From Coprobacillaceae bacterium (GTDB taxonomy: Bacteria; Bacillota_I; Bacilli_A; Erysipelotrichales; Coprobacillaceae): DNA of 32,000 nt. The stretch is from positions 1,770,001 through 1,802,000 of the forward strand of contig OY776328.1 in NCBI GenBank assembly GCA_963675515.1, read 5' to 3'. The notes under the pieces were generated by a model. It searched no databases, was not told the origin of the DNA, and saw only the letters and a program-made list of their open reading frames with translations. Below, piece after piece: positions 24,175 through 32,000 of the stretch (position 1 is the stretch's first letter; each line of letters opens with the position of its first letter). The position numbers and the translations under genes were made by a program.

Positions 24175-25023
24175 ATGGAAAATTACATTACAGAAATCAA
24201 TCAAAGTTTGAACAGTCTGATGGCAAAACTGCCTGACAGCGCAGTCAAGGAAGCGATGATTTATGCCCTTAGTGGCAAAGGCAAGCGAATCCGGCCTTTG
24301 ATTTTTATCGCCACCTTGAATTCGCTTGCAGTGGACTATAAAAAATATCTAGATGTCGCCTGTGCAATCGAGATGATCCATACATACTCACTGATTCATG
24401 ACGATCTTCCGGGCATGGACAATGACGACTACCGCCGCGGCCGTCTTACCTGTCATAAGGTTTATGGGGAATCCATTGCTATCCTGGCTGGAGACAGCTT
24501 ATTAAACGAAGCCTGCCGCGTTATCATCGCCAACAGGCACCTAGATGCAAATGCAAAACTTGAGCTTGTCGACAGCCTGTACTTCGCATCAGGAATCAAC
24601 GGCATGATTCTAGGTCAGGAAATTGACATACTTAACGAAGATTCATTGGTGAATATAGACATCTTGAACAACATGCACAAATTGAAGACCGGGGCTCTTA
24701 TTGCGGTAAGCTTCAAAATGGCGGCGATAATCGCCAATGTCACCCCGGAGCCATACCTGCAGACCGGTTTCGATCTTGGCCTGGCATTCCAGATTCAAGA
24801 TGACATACTGGACGTTGTCGGACAATTCGAAAAGTTGGGAAAACCTGTTGGTTCCGATGTTTCGAACAACAAATCGACCTATGTTTCTTTGATGGGGATT
24901 GAAAGATCTCAAGAAAAAATTGACCAGCTGTTTGGCAATATTAAACAGTTTCTCAAAAGCCATGACGGTCCAGCCAAGGACATCGAGGCAATTGTAAATT
25001 TAATCAAGGGACGTGATCATTAA
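24175..25023 (+). CDS. ispA: Farnesyl/geranyl diphosphate synthase
   Basis: ATG at 24175 after SD GAGGG. First DDxx(xx)D motif HDDLPGMDNDD; second QIQDDILD. Confidence 0.92.
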   Translation: MENYITEINQSLNSLMAKLPDSAVKEAMIYALSGKGKRIRPLIFIATLNSLAVDYKKYLDVACAIEMIHTYSLIHDDLPGMDNDDYRRGRLTCHKVYGESIAILAGDSLLNEACRVIIANRHLDANAKLELVDSLYFASGINGMILGQEIDILNEDSLVNIDILNNMHKLKTGALIAVSFKMAAIIANVTPEPYLQTGFDLGLAFQIQDDILDVVGQFEKLGKPVGSDVSNNKSTYVSLMGIERSQEKIDQLFGNIKQFLKSHDGPAKDIEAIVNLIKGRDH

Positions 25024-25025
25024 TA

Positions 25026-26906
25026 ATGAATATAAAAGATATCAAGGATCCGACTTTCCTAAAGGACCTTAATCTCGAGCAGCTGGATGAACTATGCTGT
25101 GAACTGAGAAAATTCACTATCAACTCAGTCGCCAAAACCGGTGGGCATCTTTCGAGCAACTTGGGAATTGTGGAACTTACAGTAGGGATGCATCACGTAT
25201 TTGATGCACCATCCGACAAATTCATCTTCGACGTCGGCCACCAGACTTACATACATAAGCTTCTTACCGGACGAGCTCCATATTTTGGCACTTTGCGTCA
25301 ATATCAGGGCCTATCAGGCTTTCAAAAAAGGGATGAGTCCGTCTATGACTGTTACGAAGCCGGGCATTCGTCAACATCCATTTCCGCCGCAATCGGGATG
25401 GCCATCGCCCGCGATTTGAATCACGGAGACAATGAAGTCATAGCAGTTATCGGCGACGCTTCAATCGTCTCAGGAGAAGCGTTGGAAGCGCTGAATCATC
25501 TTGGATCCATCAAGAACAAGGTTATCGTCATTTTCAACGACAATGCCATGTCGATATCCCAGCCTGTTGGAGGCTTCCATGAATTTTTAGCAAAGGTGAG
25601 AATCTCAAATAGATACATCGACTTGAAAAACGATGTGCGGCCCTTTGCAAGAAAAAATCGCGTAACCTCATTGTTTTTTTCCGCAGCCAAAAACATAAAA
25701 GATTTTTTTAGGCGTTCCCTAATGGTTGATTCTATTTTTCAGAATTTCAATTTACAATATTACGGACCGGTCGATGGGAATAACCTAAACGAGGTTATTA
25801 AAGCCCTTAAAATAGCCAAAAAATCCAAAAATTCAATCGTACTGCATTTCAACACAAAGAAAGGCCTGGGATATCAGCAGGCCCAAGACGATACCACGGG
25901 CTGCTGGCATGGGATCGGTCCTTTTGATGTCAAAACCGGGCTCACTCATATCAGTAAATCTTCTAAGACATCTTGGTCTTGCATTGTCGCCAGCCATCTT
26001 GAAAAACAGATGGAAGGTGACCCCGATATCGTCGCCATCACACCTGCAATGATCAAGGGGTCATGCCTGGACCACATATTCGACAAATTCCCGGAGCGAG
26101 CTATCGATGTAGGAATCGCTGAGCAACATGGGGCAACTTCGATTAGCGGGTTGGCCATAGGAGGCAAAAAACCGTTCCTTTCAATCTACTCATCATTCAT
26201 GCAGCGAGCCTATGATCAGCTCAATCATGATTTGGCAAGGATGAATATTCCCTGTCTGATATCCGTTGACCGAGCCGGGGTCGTCGGAAGTGACGGACCG
26301 ACCCATCACGGCGTTTTCGATATCGGCTTTTTGTTGCCACTACCTAATATTGTTCTTTTCGCACCACGCGACAGCTATGAAGCAAAGCTTTTGATGAACA
26401 CTGCTTTCATCAAGAATGACCGGCCTTATTTCATCCGCTTGCCGCGTAACAGTGTCGAAGACATTCCATGTTCCACTGATAAGACTATAGATATCGGGAC
26501 ATGGGAAGCCACTGGCCATGAGAGTGAATATGATCTGACGATTGTGTGTTATGGTGATAATGTAAATAAAGTAATTTCACATTTCAAAGCGCATAAATAT
26601 AAAGCAAGAGTAATCAATGCCCGATTCCTCAAACCAATGGATTCAAAATTCCTCGCCCAACTGGCAGGGGAAATCAAACCGGTAATTGTTTATGAAACCG
26701 ACCTTGTATGCAACTCCTTAGGTTACAGTATTGCCGCATATATGATGGAACATCGCGCAAGATGCGCCTTCAAAATTGTAGGAATCCAGGATGGTTATCC
26801 GCCTCAGGGAACCATCACAGAAATTTTTGAACACGAAAAAATCGATCTGAAATCTTTGGAGATGGAAATAGAAAAGGTAATGTCTGATGAAAAAAGAAAG
26901 AATTGA
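25026..26906 (+). CDS. dxs: 1-deoxy-D-xylulose-5-phosphate synthase
   Basis: GGHLSSNLG, GHSSTSISAA and GDASIVSGEALEALN (TPP-binding) motifs. 626 aa. Confidence 0.96.
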   Translation: MNIKDIKDPTFLKDLNLEQLDELCCELRKFTINSVAKTGGHLSSNLGIVELTVGMHHVFDAPSDKFIFDVGHQTYIHKLLTGRAPYFGTLRQYQGLSGFQKRDESVYDCYEAGHSSTSISAAIGMAIARDLNHGDNEVIAVIGDASIVSGEALEALNHLGSIKNKVIVIFNDNAMSISQPVGGFHEFLAKVRISNRYIDLKNDVRPFARKNRVTSLFFSAAKNIKDFFRRSLMVDSIFQNFNLQYYGPVDGNNLNEVIKALKIAKKSKNSIVLHFNTKKGLGYQQAQDDTTGCWHGIGPFDVKTGLTHISKSSKTSWSCIVASHLEKQMEGDPDIVAITPAMIKGSCLDHIFDKFPERAIDVGIAEQHGATSISGLAIGGKKPFLSIYSSFMQRAYDQLNHDLARMNIPCLISVDRAGVVGSDGPTHHGVFDIGFLLPLPNIVLFAPRDSYEAKLLMNTAFIKNDRPYFIRLPRNSVEDIPCSTDKTIDIGTWEATGHESEYDLTIVCYGDNVNKVISHFKAHKYKARVINARFLKPMDSKFLAQLAGEIKPVIVYETDLVCNSLGYSIAAYMMEHRARCAFKIVGIQDGYPPQGTITEIFEHEKIDLKSLEMEIEKVMSDEKRKN

Positions 26907-27687
26907 TGTATTGCTGGTCGAGCAGGGATTCTTTGATTCCCGTGAAAAAGCCAAGAGGGCAATAATGGCCGGGTTGGTCCATGACCAGTACGATATAATT
27001 GACAAGCCCGGAACAAAAATACCGGTCGACTCCAAGCTTGCCGTAAAGGGCGAAGTGATGCCTTATGTCTCAAGAGGCGGACTCAAATTGGAAAAAGCCT
27101 TGCAGGTATTCAATATCGATTTGTCAGGAAAGATTGTTGTCGATATCGGTTCGTCCACGGGCGGATTCACCGATTGCTGCTTGCAAAATGGCGCCAGGCT
27201 TGTTTATGCCATCGATGTGGGGACAAACCAGCTCGCATGGAAGCTGCGCGATGATCCCCGGGTCATCGTCCATGAAAAGACGAATTTCCGTTATGTCCAG
27301 AAAGATCTTTTTAGCAGCGGGGTTCCGACGTTTGTCTGCACTGACGTGTCCTTCATTTCATTGCGTCTTATCTTCGAACCTCTGAAGGATATTCTTGAAG
27401 ACGGTAGCCAGGTTATTGCCCTGATTAAACCGCAGTTCGAATCGGACCGCGAAGATATCGGAAAAAAAGGAATCATCAAGGATCCAAGTGTTCATATTAA
27501 GGCAATCGAGCGTGTCATCAAATACGCCAATTGCAATGATCTAGGCCTTCAGGGCCTTGAATATTCACCTATAACCGGTGGCCAGGGCAACATCGAATTT
27601 TTAAGCTATTTTGTTAAAGGGAAAAACAATGTCGAGATTGACATTGAAAATCTAGTTAAAAAAGCACACGATTGTTTTAGAGGGTAA
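26887..27687 (+). CDS. tlyA: TlyA-family rRNA 2'-O-methyltransferase (S4 + FtsJ domains)
   Basis: N-terminal S4 domain (RIDVLLVEQGFFDSREKAKRAIMAG). SAM motif DIGSSTGGFTD. Overlaps the dxs end by 20 nt. Confidence 0.9.
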   Translation: MKKERIDVLLVEQGFFDSREKAKRAIMAGLVHDQYDIIDKPGTKIPVDSKLAVKGEVMPYVSRGGLKLEKALQVFNIDLSGKIVVDIGSSTGGFTDCCLQNGARLVYAIDVGTNQLAWKLRDDPRVIVHEKTNFRYVQKDLFSSGVPTFVCTDVSFISLRLIFEPLKDILEDGSQVIALIKPQFESDREDIGKKGIIKDPSVHIKAIERVIKYANCNDLGLQGLEYSPITGGQGNIEFLSYFVKGKNNVEIDIENLVKKAHDCFRG

Positions 27688-27690
27688 TAT

Positions 27691-29349
27691 ATGTTGGAAA
27701 GCTTGTATATTGAAAATTTTGCAATCATCAAAAAACTGAATATCAGCTTCGATTCAGGAATGACCGTTTTGACCGGTGAAACCGGGGCAGGGAAATCAAT
27801 CATCATTGATGCCATCAACCAGCTATGCGGGGGGAGAACCGATACCGGACTTATCCGGGATGGCGCACAAAAAGCGGTGATTGAAGGTATTTTCTCAACC
27901 CAAAGCGACGCGGTAAGGAACTTTTTTGTTGACCACGATTTGGAATATGACAACCAGATAGTCATCTCGAAAACTATCGACCGTTCCAGCAAGACAACTT
28001 TCAAACTAAACTACCGCAATACCACCCAAACACTGATACGTAAACTGGCCGGATATCTTATCGAAATCCACAACCAGTTTGACAATCAATTTCTCTTCAA
28101 CCCCAAAAATCATCTGGCCATAATCGACAATCTTGTCAAGGATAAAGATCTCGTCAAGCGAGGATATCAGGATAAATACCAGGAGTATACCCGCCTAAAA
28201 AGACAGCTTGATGAACTTCAGGCCCAGGAATATTCTGACGAGCAGTTGGATTTTTATAAGACTCGTCTTGATAAAATCGAAGAAATAGATATCGACCATC
28301 TCGATATCGACGATCTTTTAATGCAAAAGCAAAGATCGGACAACTTTTCGAAAATTTCCGAAAACTTCGAACAATTTTCCTATCAGATTCAAAATGGATT
28401 GAACTCAATTAACGACAGCCTGAGCTATCTGGCAGAACTCAACAATCTTGAAAAATTCGATGACGAATACGACAACATCTACAATTGTCTATACACCATG
28501 GAAGACAACGCGACCAGGATATCATCAAGGATCCAATCTTACGATTTCGATGAATATGCGATAACTGATATCCAGGACAAGATTTCCAAATTCAACCATC
28601 TAAAGAAAATATATGGCCCTACTCGGGAAGCCATCATCGCCGCCCGGGATGATCTGGTCAATAAGATTGAAGCCTTTTCAAACCGGGATTTCAAGATAGC
28701 GCAACTCGAGGCTACAATTGGAAAACTTGAAAAAGAGTTAAAAGATCTGGCTAGACAGATTTCCAAACAAAGAGCTGATGCCAGCAAGGTATTCGAAAAA
28801 AACATAAAGAAAGAACTAAACGACCTGTATCTCAACAACGTAAAATTCAAAGTTTCTTTCAAAGAGATTCCGCTGACAAAGGATGGTTTTGACCAAGTGG
28901 AGTTTTTGATCAGCACCAATGTCGGTGTCAATTTGCAGTCTTTGATCAAGGTGGCATCTGGCGGTGAAATATCAAGGGTAATGTTGGCCATCAAGGCGAT
29001 CACGCTCAACCAAAGTCCAGTCCAGACGATAATCTTCGATGAAGCGGATACCGGTGTCAGCGGAAAGGTAGGGGCGGCAATCGGTCGGAAAATGGCTCGA
29101 CTCTCACAAAATTGTCAAGTTATCGTAATAACTCATCTATTCCAGGTGGCGCTATACACCAACCACCATCTTCTCATCAAAAAACAAGTCGAGGATGCCA
29201 GCACCCGGGTGACAATATCAGACTTGGATTTCGATGGCCAGGTTGAAGAATTGGCGAAACTTATCTCATCGGAGAACTTGTCGCCAGAATCTCTCGAACA
29301 TGCCCGAAATTACCTTGTTCAGGCGCAAAAGGAACTTCTATGCGAGTGA
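27691..29349 (+). CDS. recN: DNA repair protein RecN
   Basis: Walker A GETGAGKS, signature GGEISRVMLAIK, Walker B IIFDEADTGVSG, long coiled-coil middle region. Confidence 0.95.
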   Translation: MLESLYIENFAIIKKLNISFDSGMTVLTGETGAGKSIIIDAINQLCGGRTDTGLIRDGAQKAVIEGIFSTQSDAVRNFFVDHDLEYDNQIVISKTIDRSSKTTFKLNYRNTTQTLIRKLAGYLIEIHNQFDNQFLFNPKNHLAIIDNLVKDKDLVKRGYQDKYQEYTRLKRQLDELQAQEYSDEQLDFYKTRLDKIEEIDIDHLDIDDLLMQKQRSDNFSKISENFEQFSYQIQNGLNSINDSLSYLAELNNLEKFDDEYDNIYNCLYTMEDNATRISSRIQSYDFDEYAITDIQDKISKFNHLKKIYGPTREAIIAARDDLVNKIEAFSNRDFKIAQLEATIGKLEKELKDLARQISKQRADASKVFEKNIKKELNDLYLNNVKFKVSFKEIPLTKDGFDQVEFLISTNVGVNLQSLIKVASGGEISRVMLAIKAITLNQSPVQTIIFDEADTGVSGKVGAAIGRKMARLSQNCQVIVITHLFQVALYTNHHLLIKKQVEDASTRVTISDLDFDGQVEELAKLISSENLSPESLEHARNYLVQAQKELLCE

Positions 29350-30539
29350 TTTTTCACATTGACCTGAATGCCTACTTTGCTTCGGCGGCGGTATGCATCG
29401 AGCCGGAGCTTGCGGGAAAACCACTGGTCATAACCCGCGACAACCCGCGTTCCATTATCACAACCGCATCATATCAGGCAAGGGCGTTGGGGATTCATTC
29501 CGCAATGCCTTTGTTTCAGGCGAAGAAAATCTGTCCCGAATTGATTGTCCGGGAGCCGGATTTCAAACTGTATAATGATCTGTCAAATCAATTTTTCTCG
29601 ATTGTGGCATCATATTCTCCAATCCTGGCCGTTGGTTCGATAGACGAGTGTTATGTGGATGTGACGCAATTGTTTAAGGAAAAGAAATATTGCGACCCTT
29701 ATGAACTGGCCCAAAGGATCCAGCAGGACGTATATCAAAAGCTGCATCTGGAATGTTCAATTGGAATAAGTCACAACAAGTTTTTGGCAAAAATGGCAAG
29801 CGACCTCAAAAAACCGATGGGCATAACCATTCTGACCAAGAAAAACATCCGTGAGGTTATGTGGCCGCTGGATATCAGCTGCTTTTATGGCATTGGCAAA
29901 AAGAGCCAGGCTATTTTAAAAGACAATAATTTCAATACGATCAGTGATCTGGCTAACTACCATAATTACGACTTGCTGACTTCCATCTTTAAAAACAGGG
30001 CATTCATCATTTATCGCCAGGCTAACGGTGTTGACACCGAACCGGTGGTTGGCAAGGAAAAATTAAGCTCAGTTGGCAATTCGACGACGCTTGACCAGAT
30101 GACCAGTGATCAGGACTATCTTGACGACACACTTTCATCCCTGGCTTCCCATGTGTCGTCAAGAGCCAAGAAAAGGGATCTGATCTCCAATTCCATTTCG
30201 ATAACCATCAAATATAAAAACTGCCAGACAATCACCCGTCAGACAATCATTGCCAAATTCACAAATGATTTTGAAGATATCATTTCAACTGCGAAGATGC
30301 TTTTTGACAACAATTACAACGGAATGATTGTTAGACTGCTTGGCGTTTCGCTAAACAACACGATTCAACGAAAAGACTATAACCAGCAACTTTCATTATT
30401 CGATAAAATCAAGACGGACGAGAAAAAAAGCGATGTCGACAGTCTGATTGAAAAATTGAAAGAAATAAATAGCAGCGTCAAGATTATCAAGGCCTCCGAT
30501 CTGGAGGAAAAGAAAAAAGAGTTTATTATCAAAGACTAG
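29340..30539 (+). CDS. dinB: DNA polymerase IV (Y-family)
   Basis: HIDLNAYFAS, SIDECYVDVT and FLAKMASDLKKP motifs. ATG overlaps the recN end by 10 nt. Confidence 0.93.
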   Translation: MRVIFHIDLNAYFASAAVCIEPELAGKPLVITRDNPRSIITTASYQARALGIHSAMPLFQAKKICPELIVREPDFKLYNDLSNQFFSIVASYSPILAVGSIDECYVDVTQLFKEKKYCDPYELAQRIQQDVYQKLHLECSIGISHNKFLAKMASDLKKPMGITILTKKNIREVMWPLDISCFYGIGKKSQAILKDNNFNTISDLANYHNYDLLTSIFKNRAFIIYRQANGVDTEPVVGKEKLSSVGNSTTLDQMTSDQDYLDDTLSSLASHVSSRAKKRDLISNSISITIKYKNCQTITRQTIIAKFTNDFEDIISTAKMLFDNNYNGMIVRLLGVSLNNTIQRKDYNQQLSLFDKIKTDEKKSDVDSLIEKLKEINSSVKIIKASDLEEKKKEFIIKD

Positions 30540-30601
30540 ATGTTTTCATCTCGTTGGCGATTCAATAAAAAAACAGCTTATGATTATTATTGGAGGTTCG
30601 A

Positions 30602-31495
30602 ATGAAACTAGGCGACACATTGATTGAGTTTAAAACATATTTGATAGTAGAACGGGGTTTCTCCGTTAATACGATTGCAGCCTACGAAAATGATCTAAAG
30701 CAATTTTTCGGGTTTCTTGAGAAGCTGGAATTGGACAAGTTGGATTCAGTGAATTATGAACACATCCGGCTTTTCATCAAAACTCTTGGAAAATATGCGA
30801 TAAGCACAAGATCGCGAAAGCTCGCAACCCTAAGAACGTATTTCAAGTTTCTCGTCAAGGAAGACATTGTTCCGGTCAATCTGATGGACAAGTTCGAAAT
30901 TCCGAAGATTCCACATCGGCTCCCCGCAAGTATTAGCTATCGTGAGGTGAAGATGATTCTTGAGAGCATTGACACAACCTCGAATAACGGTGACCGCAAT
31001 CTTGTGATGATGGAGCTGCTTTATGCAACAGGAATCAGGTGCAGTGAACTCGTCAACTTGAAAGTGGGGGACATCAACTTGAAAAAGGGGATGGTCAGAG
31101 TCTTTGGCAAAGGCGAAAAACAACGTCTGCTTCCGTTAAGTCCACTGGTTATCGAACTTCTAAAGAATTATCTGAATTATATCAGACCGGAATACAAATA
31201 TGCATCACATTACGATTATCTCTTTCTAAGTGAAAGAGGCATCATGTCCAGAGAGAATTTTTTCAACATTTTCTCACAATGCGTCGCTCAAAGTGGCGTG
31301 TCCAAAAAAGTCTCACCGCACACATTCAGGCATAGCTTCGCAACCCATATTCTTGAACATGGAGCTGACCTTCGTTCAATCCAGGAAATGCTTGGACACA
31401 GCGACATTTCAACAACAACGATCTATACACACGTTTCTAAACAAAAATTGAAGGACGAATACAATTTGTTTTTTAACAGAAGAAGGGGTAAATGA
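30602..31495 (+). CDS. xerD: Tyrosine recombinase XerD (RipX-like)
   Basis: SD GGAGG at 30592-30596, ATG at 30602. Catalytic motifs ATGIRCSEL, HTFRHSFATH, LGHSDISTTTIYTHV. Position upstream of deoB as in B. subtilis. Confidence 0.88.
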   Translation: MKLGDTLIEFKTYLIVERGFSVNTIAAYENDLKQFFGFLEKLELDKLDSVNYEHIRLFIKTLGKYAISTRSRKLATLRTYFKFLVKEDIVPVNLMDKFEIPKIPHRLPASISYREVKMILESIDTTSNNGDRNLVMMELLYATGIRCSELVNLKVGDINLKKGMVRVFGKGEKQRLLPLSPLVIELLKNYLNYIRPEYKYASHYDYLFLSERGIMSRENFFNIFSQCVAQSGVSKKVSPHTFRHSFATHILEHGADLRSIQEMLGHSDISTTTIYTHVSKQKLKDEYNLFFNRRRGK

Positions 31496-32000
31496 TGAAA
31501 TTTAAACGAATTTTTCTAATTGTAGCTGATTCGCTTGGAATCGGCAAAGCACCTGACGCAATTGAATACGGTGACCAGGGAGCAAACACGCTTAAACATA
31601 TCTTAGCCAGCGAAGATCCTGGCTCAGTGAATCTGATTCAACTGGAAGGTCTCGGGCTTGGGAGCCTTGGAGAATTCAATGGAATATACCGGCTGACAAA
31701 CCAGCTGGCCTACAGCGCAATCCTTGAGGAAAAATCGAAAGCCAAGGATACGCTAACTGGTCATCATGAAATGATGGGACTTATTTCAACTAAGGGTTTC
31801 AAGACATTCACTCAGACCGGGTTCCCGGAACAATTCATCAGATTGTTCGAGGAAAAAACCGGCCGTAAATGCGTCGGAAACATCGCCATATCCGGTACGA
31901 CAATATTGGAAAAATATGGAGAACACCAGAAAAAAACAGGCGATTGGATTGTATACACTTCGGCTGACTCAGTATTCCAGATCGCTGCCAATGAAGATAT
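31495..32000 (+). CDS. deoB: Phosphopentomutase, N-terminal part (runs off the window; absent from the ORF track)
   Basis: My own translation: MKFKRIFLIVADSLGIGKAPDA...KDTLTGHHEMMG...YTSADSVFQIAANED. No stop codon before position 32000. Start overlaps the xerD TGA. Confidence 0.9.
   Translation, partial: MKFKRIFLIVADSLGIGKAPDAIEYGDQGANTLKHILASEDPGSVNLIQLEGLGLGSLGEFNGIYRLTNQLAYSAILEEKSKAKDTLTGHHEMMGLISTKGFKTFTQTGFPEQFIRLFEEKTGRKCVGNIAISGTTILEKYGEHQKKTGDWIVYTSADSVFQIAANED

Noticed and set aside
30592-30604. GGTTCGAAT, a tRNA T-loop-like string
   Set aside because: It is the SD region (GGAGG) and start of xerD. No acceptor or anticodon arms surround it.
1-32000. CRISPR arrays, tRNA/rRNA genes, known defence or toxin-antitoxin modules
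   Set aside because: None seen. The intergenic regions are short and are accounted for by promoters and terminators, apart from the IS flanks and the cassette regions reported above.

Overview
32-kb chromosomal segment of a moderate/low-GC Bacillota-type genome. The runs efp-asp23-nusB-xseA-xseB-ispA-dxs-tlyA-recN and xerD-deoB match my memory of the B. subtilis yqh/yqi region. Coding density is high, and all genes are on the + strand except an IS110-family transposase and a peroxiredoxin.

Gene order: lepA (3' part), IS110-family IS, GH1 6-phospho-beta-glucosidase, class B PBP, rpmG, MBL-fold hydrolase, katG, peroxiredoxin (-), deoR-type regulator with a glycyl radical enzyme (GRE) and its activase, tldD-pmbA, comGA-GG, efp, asp23, nusB, xseAB, ispA, dxs, tlyA, recN, dinB, xerD, deoB (5' part). 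I saw no rRNA, tRNA or CRISPR array.

Most noteworthy:
1. An intact IS110-family element with long untranslated ends is a candidate bridge/seek guide-RNA locus. It sits between an orphan promoter+SD and the GH1 start codon.
2. A 72-bp promoter+SD cassette, 89% identical, lies directly upstream of two unrelated genes (GH1 and tldD). One copy abuts the IS, and its core 10-mer is inverted in the IS leader.
3. A compact DeoR-GRE-activase operon of unassigned specificity has a perfect operator palindrome over its promoter.
4. EF-P carries Arg instead of Lys at the tip of the modification loop (KTARAAA rather than KPGKGAA).

All functional calls come from motif recognition by eye. No database search was run.
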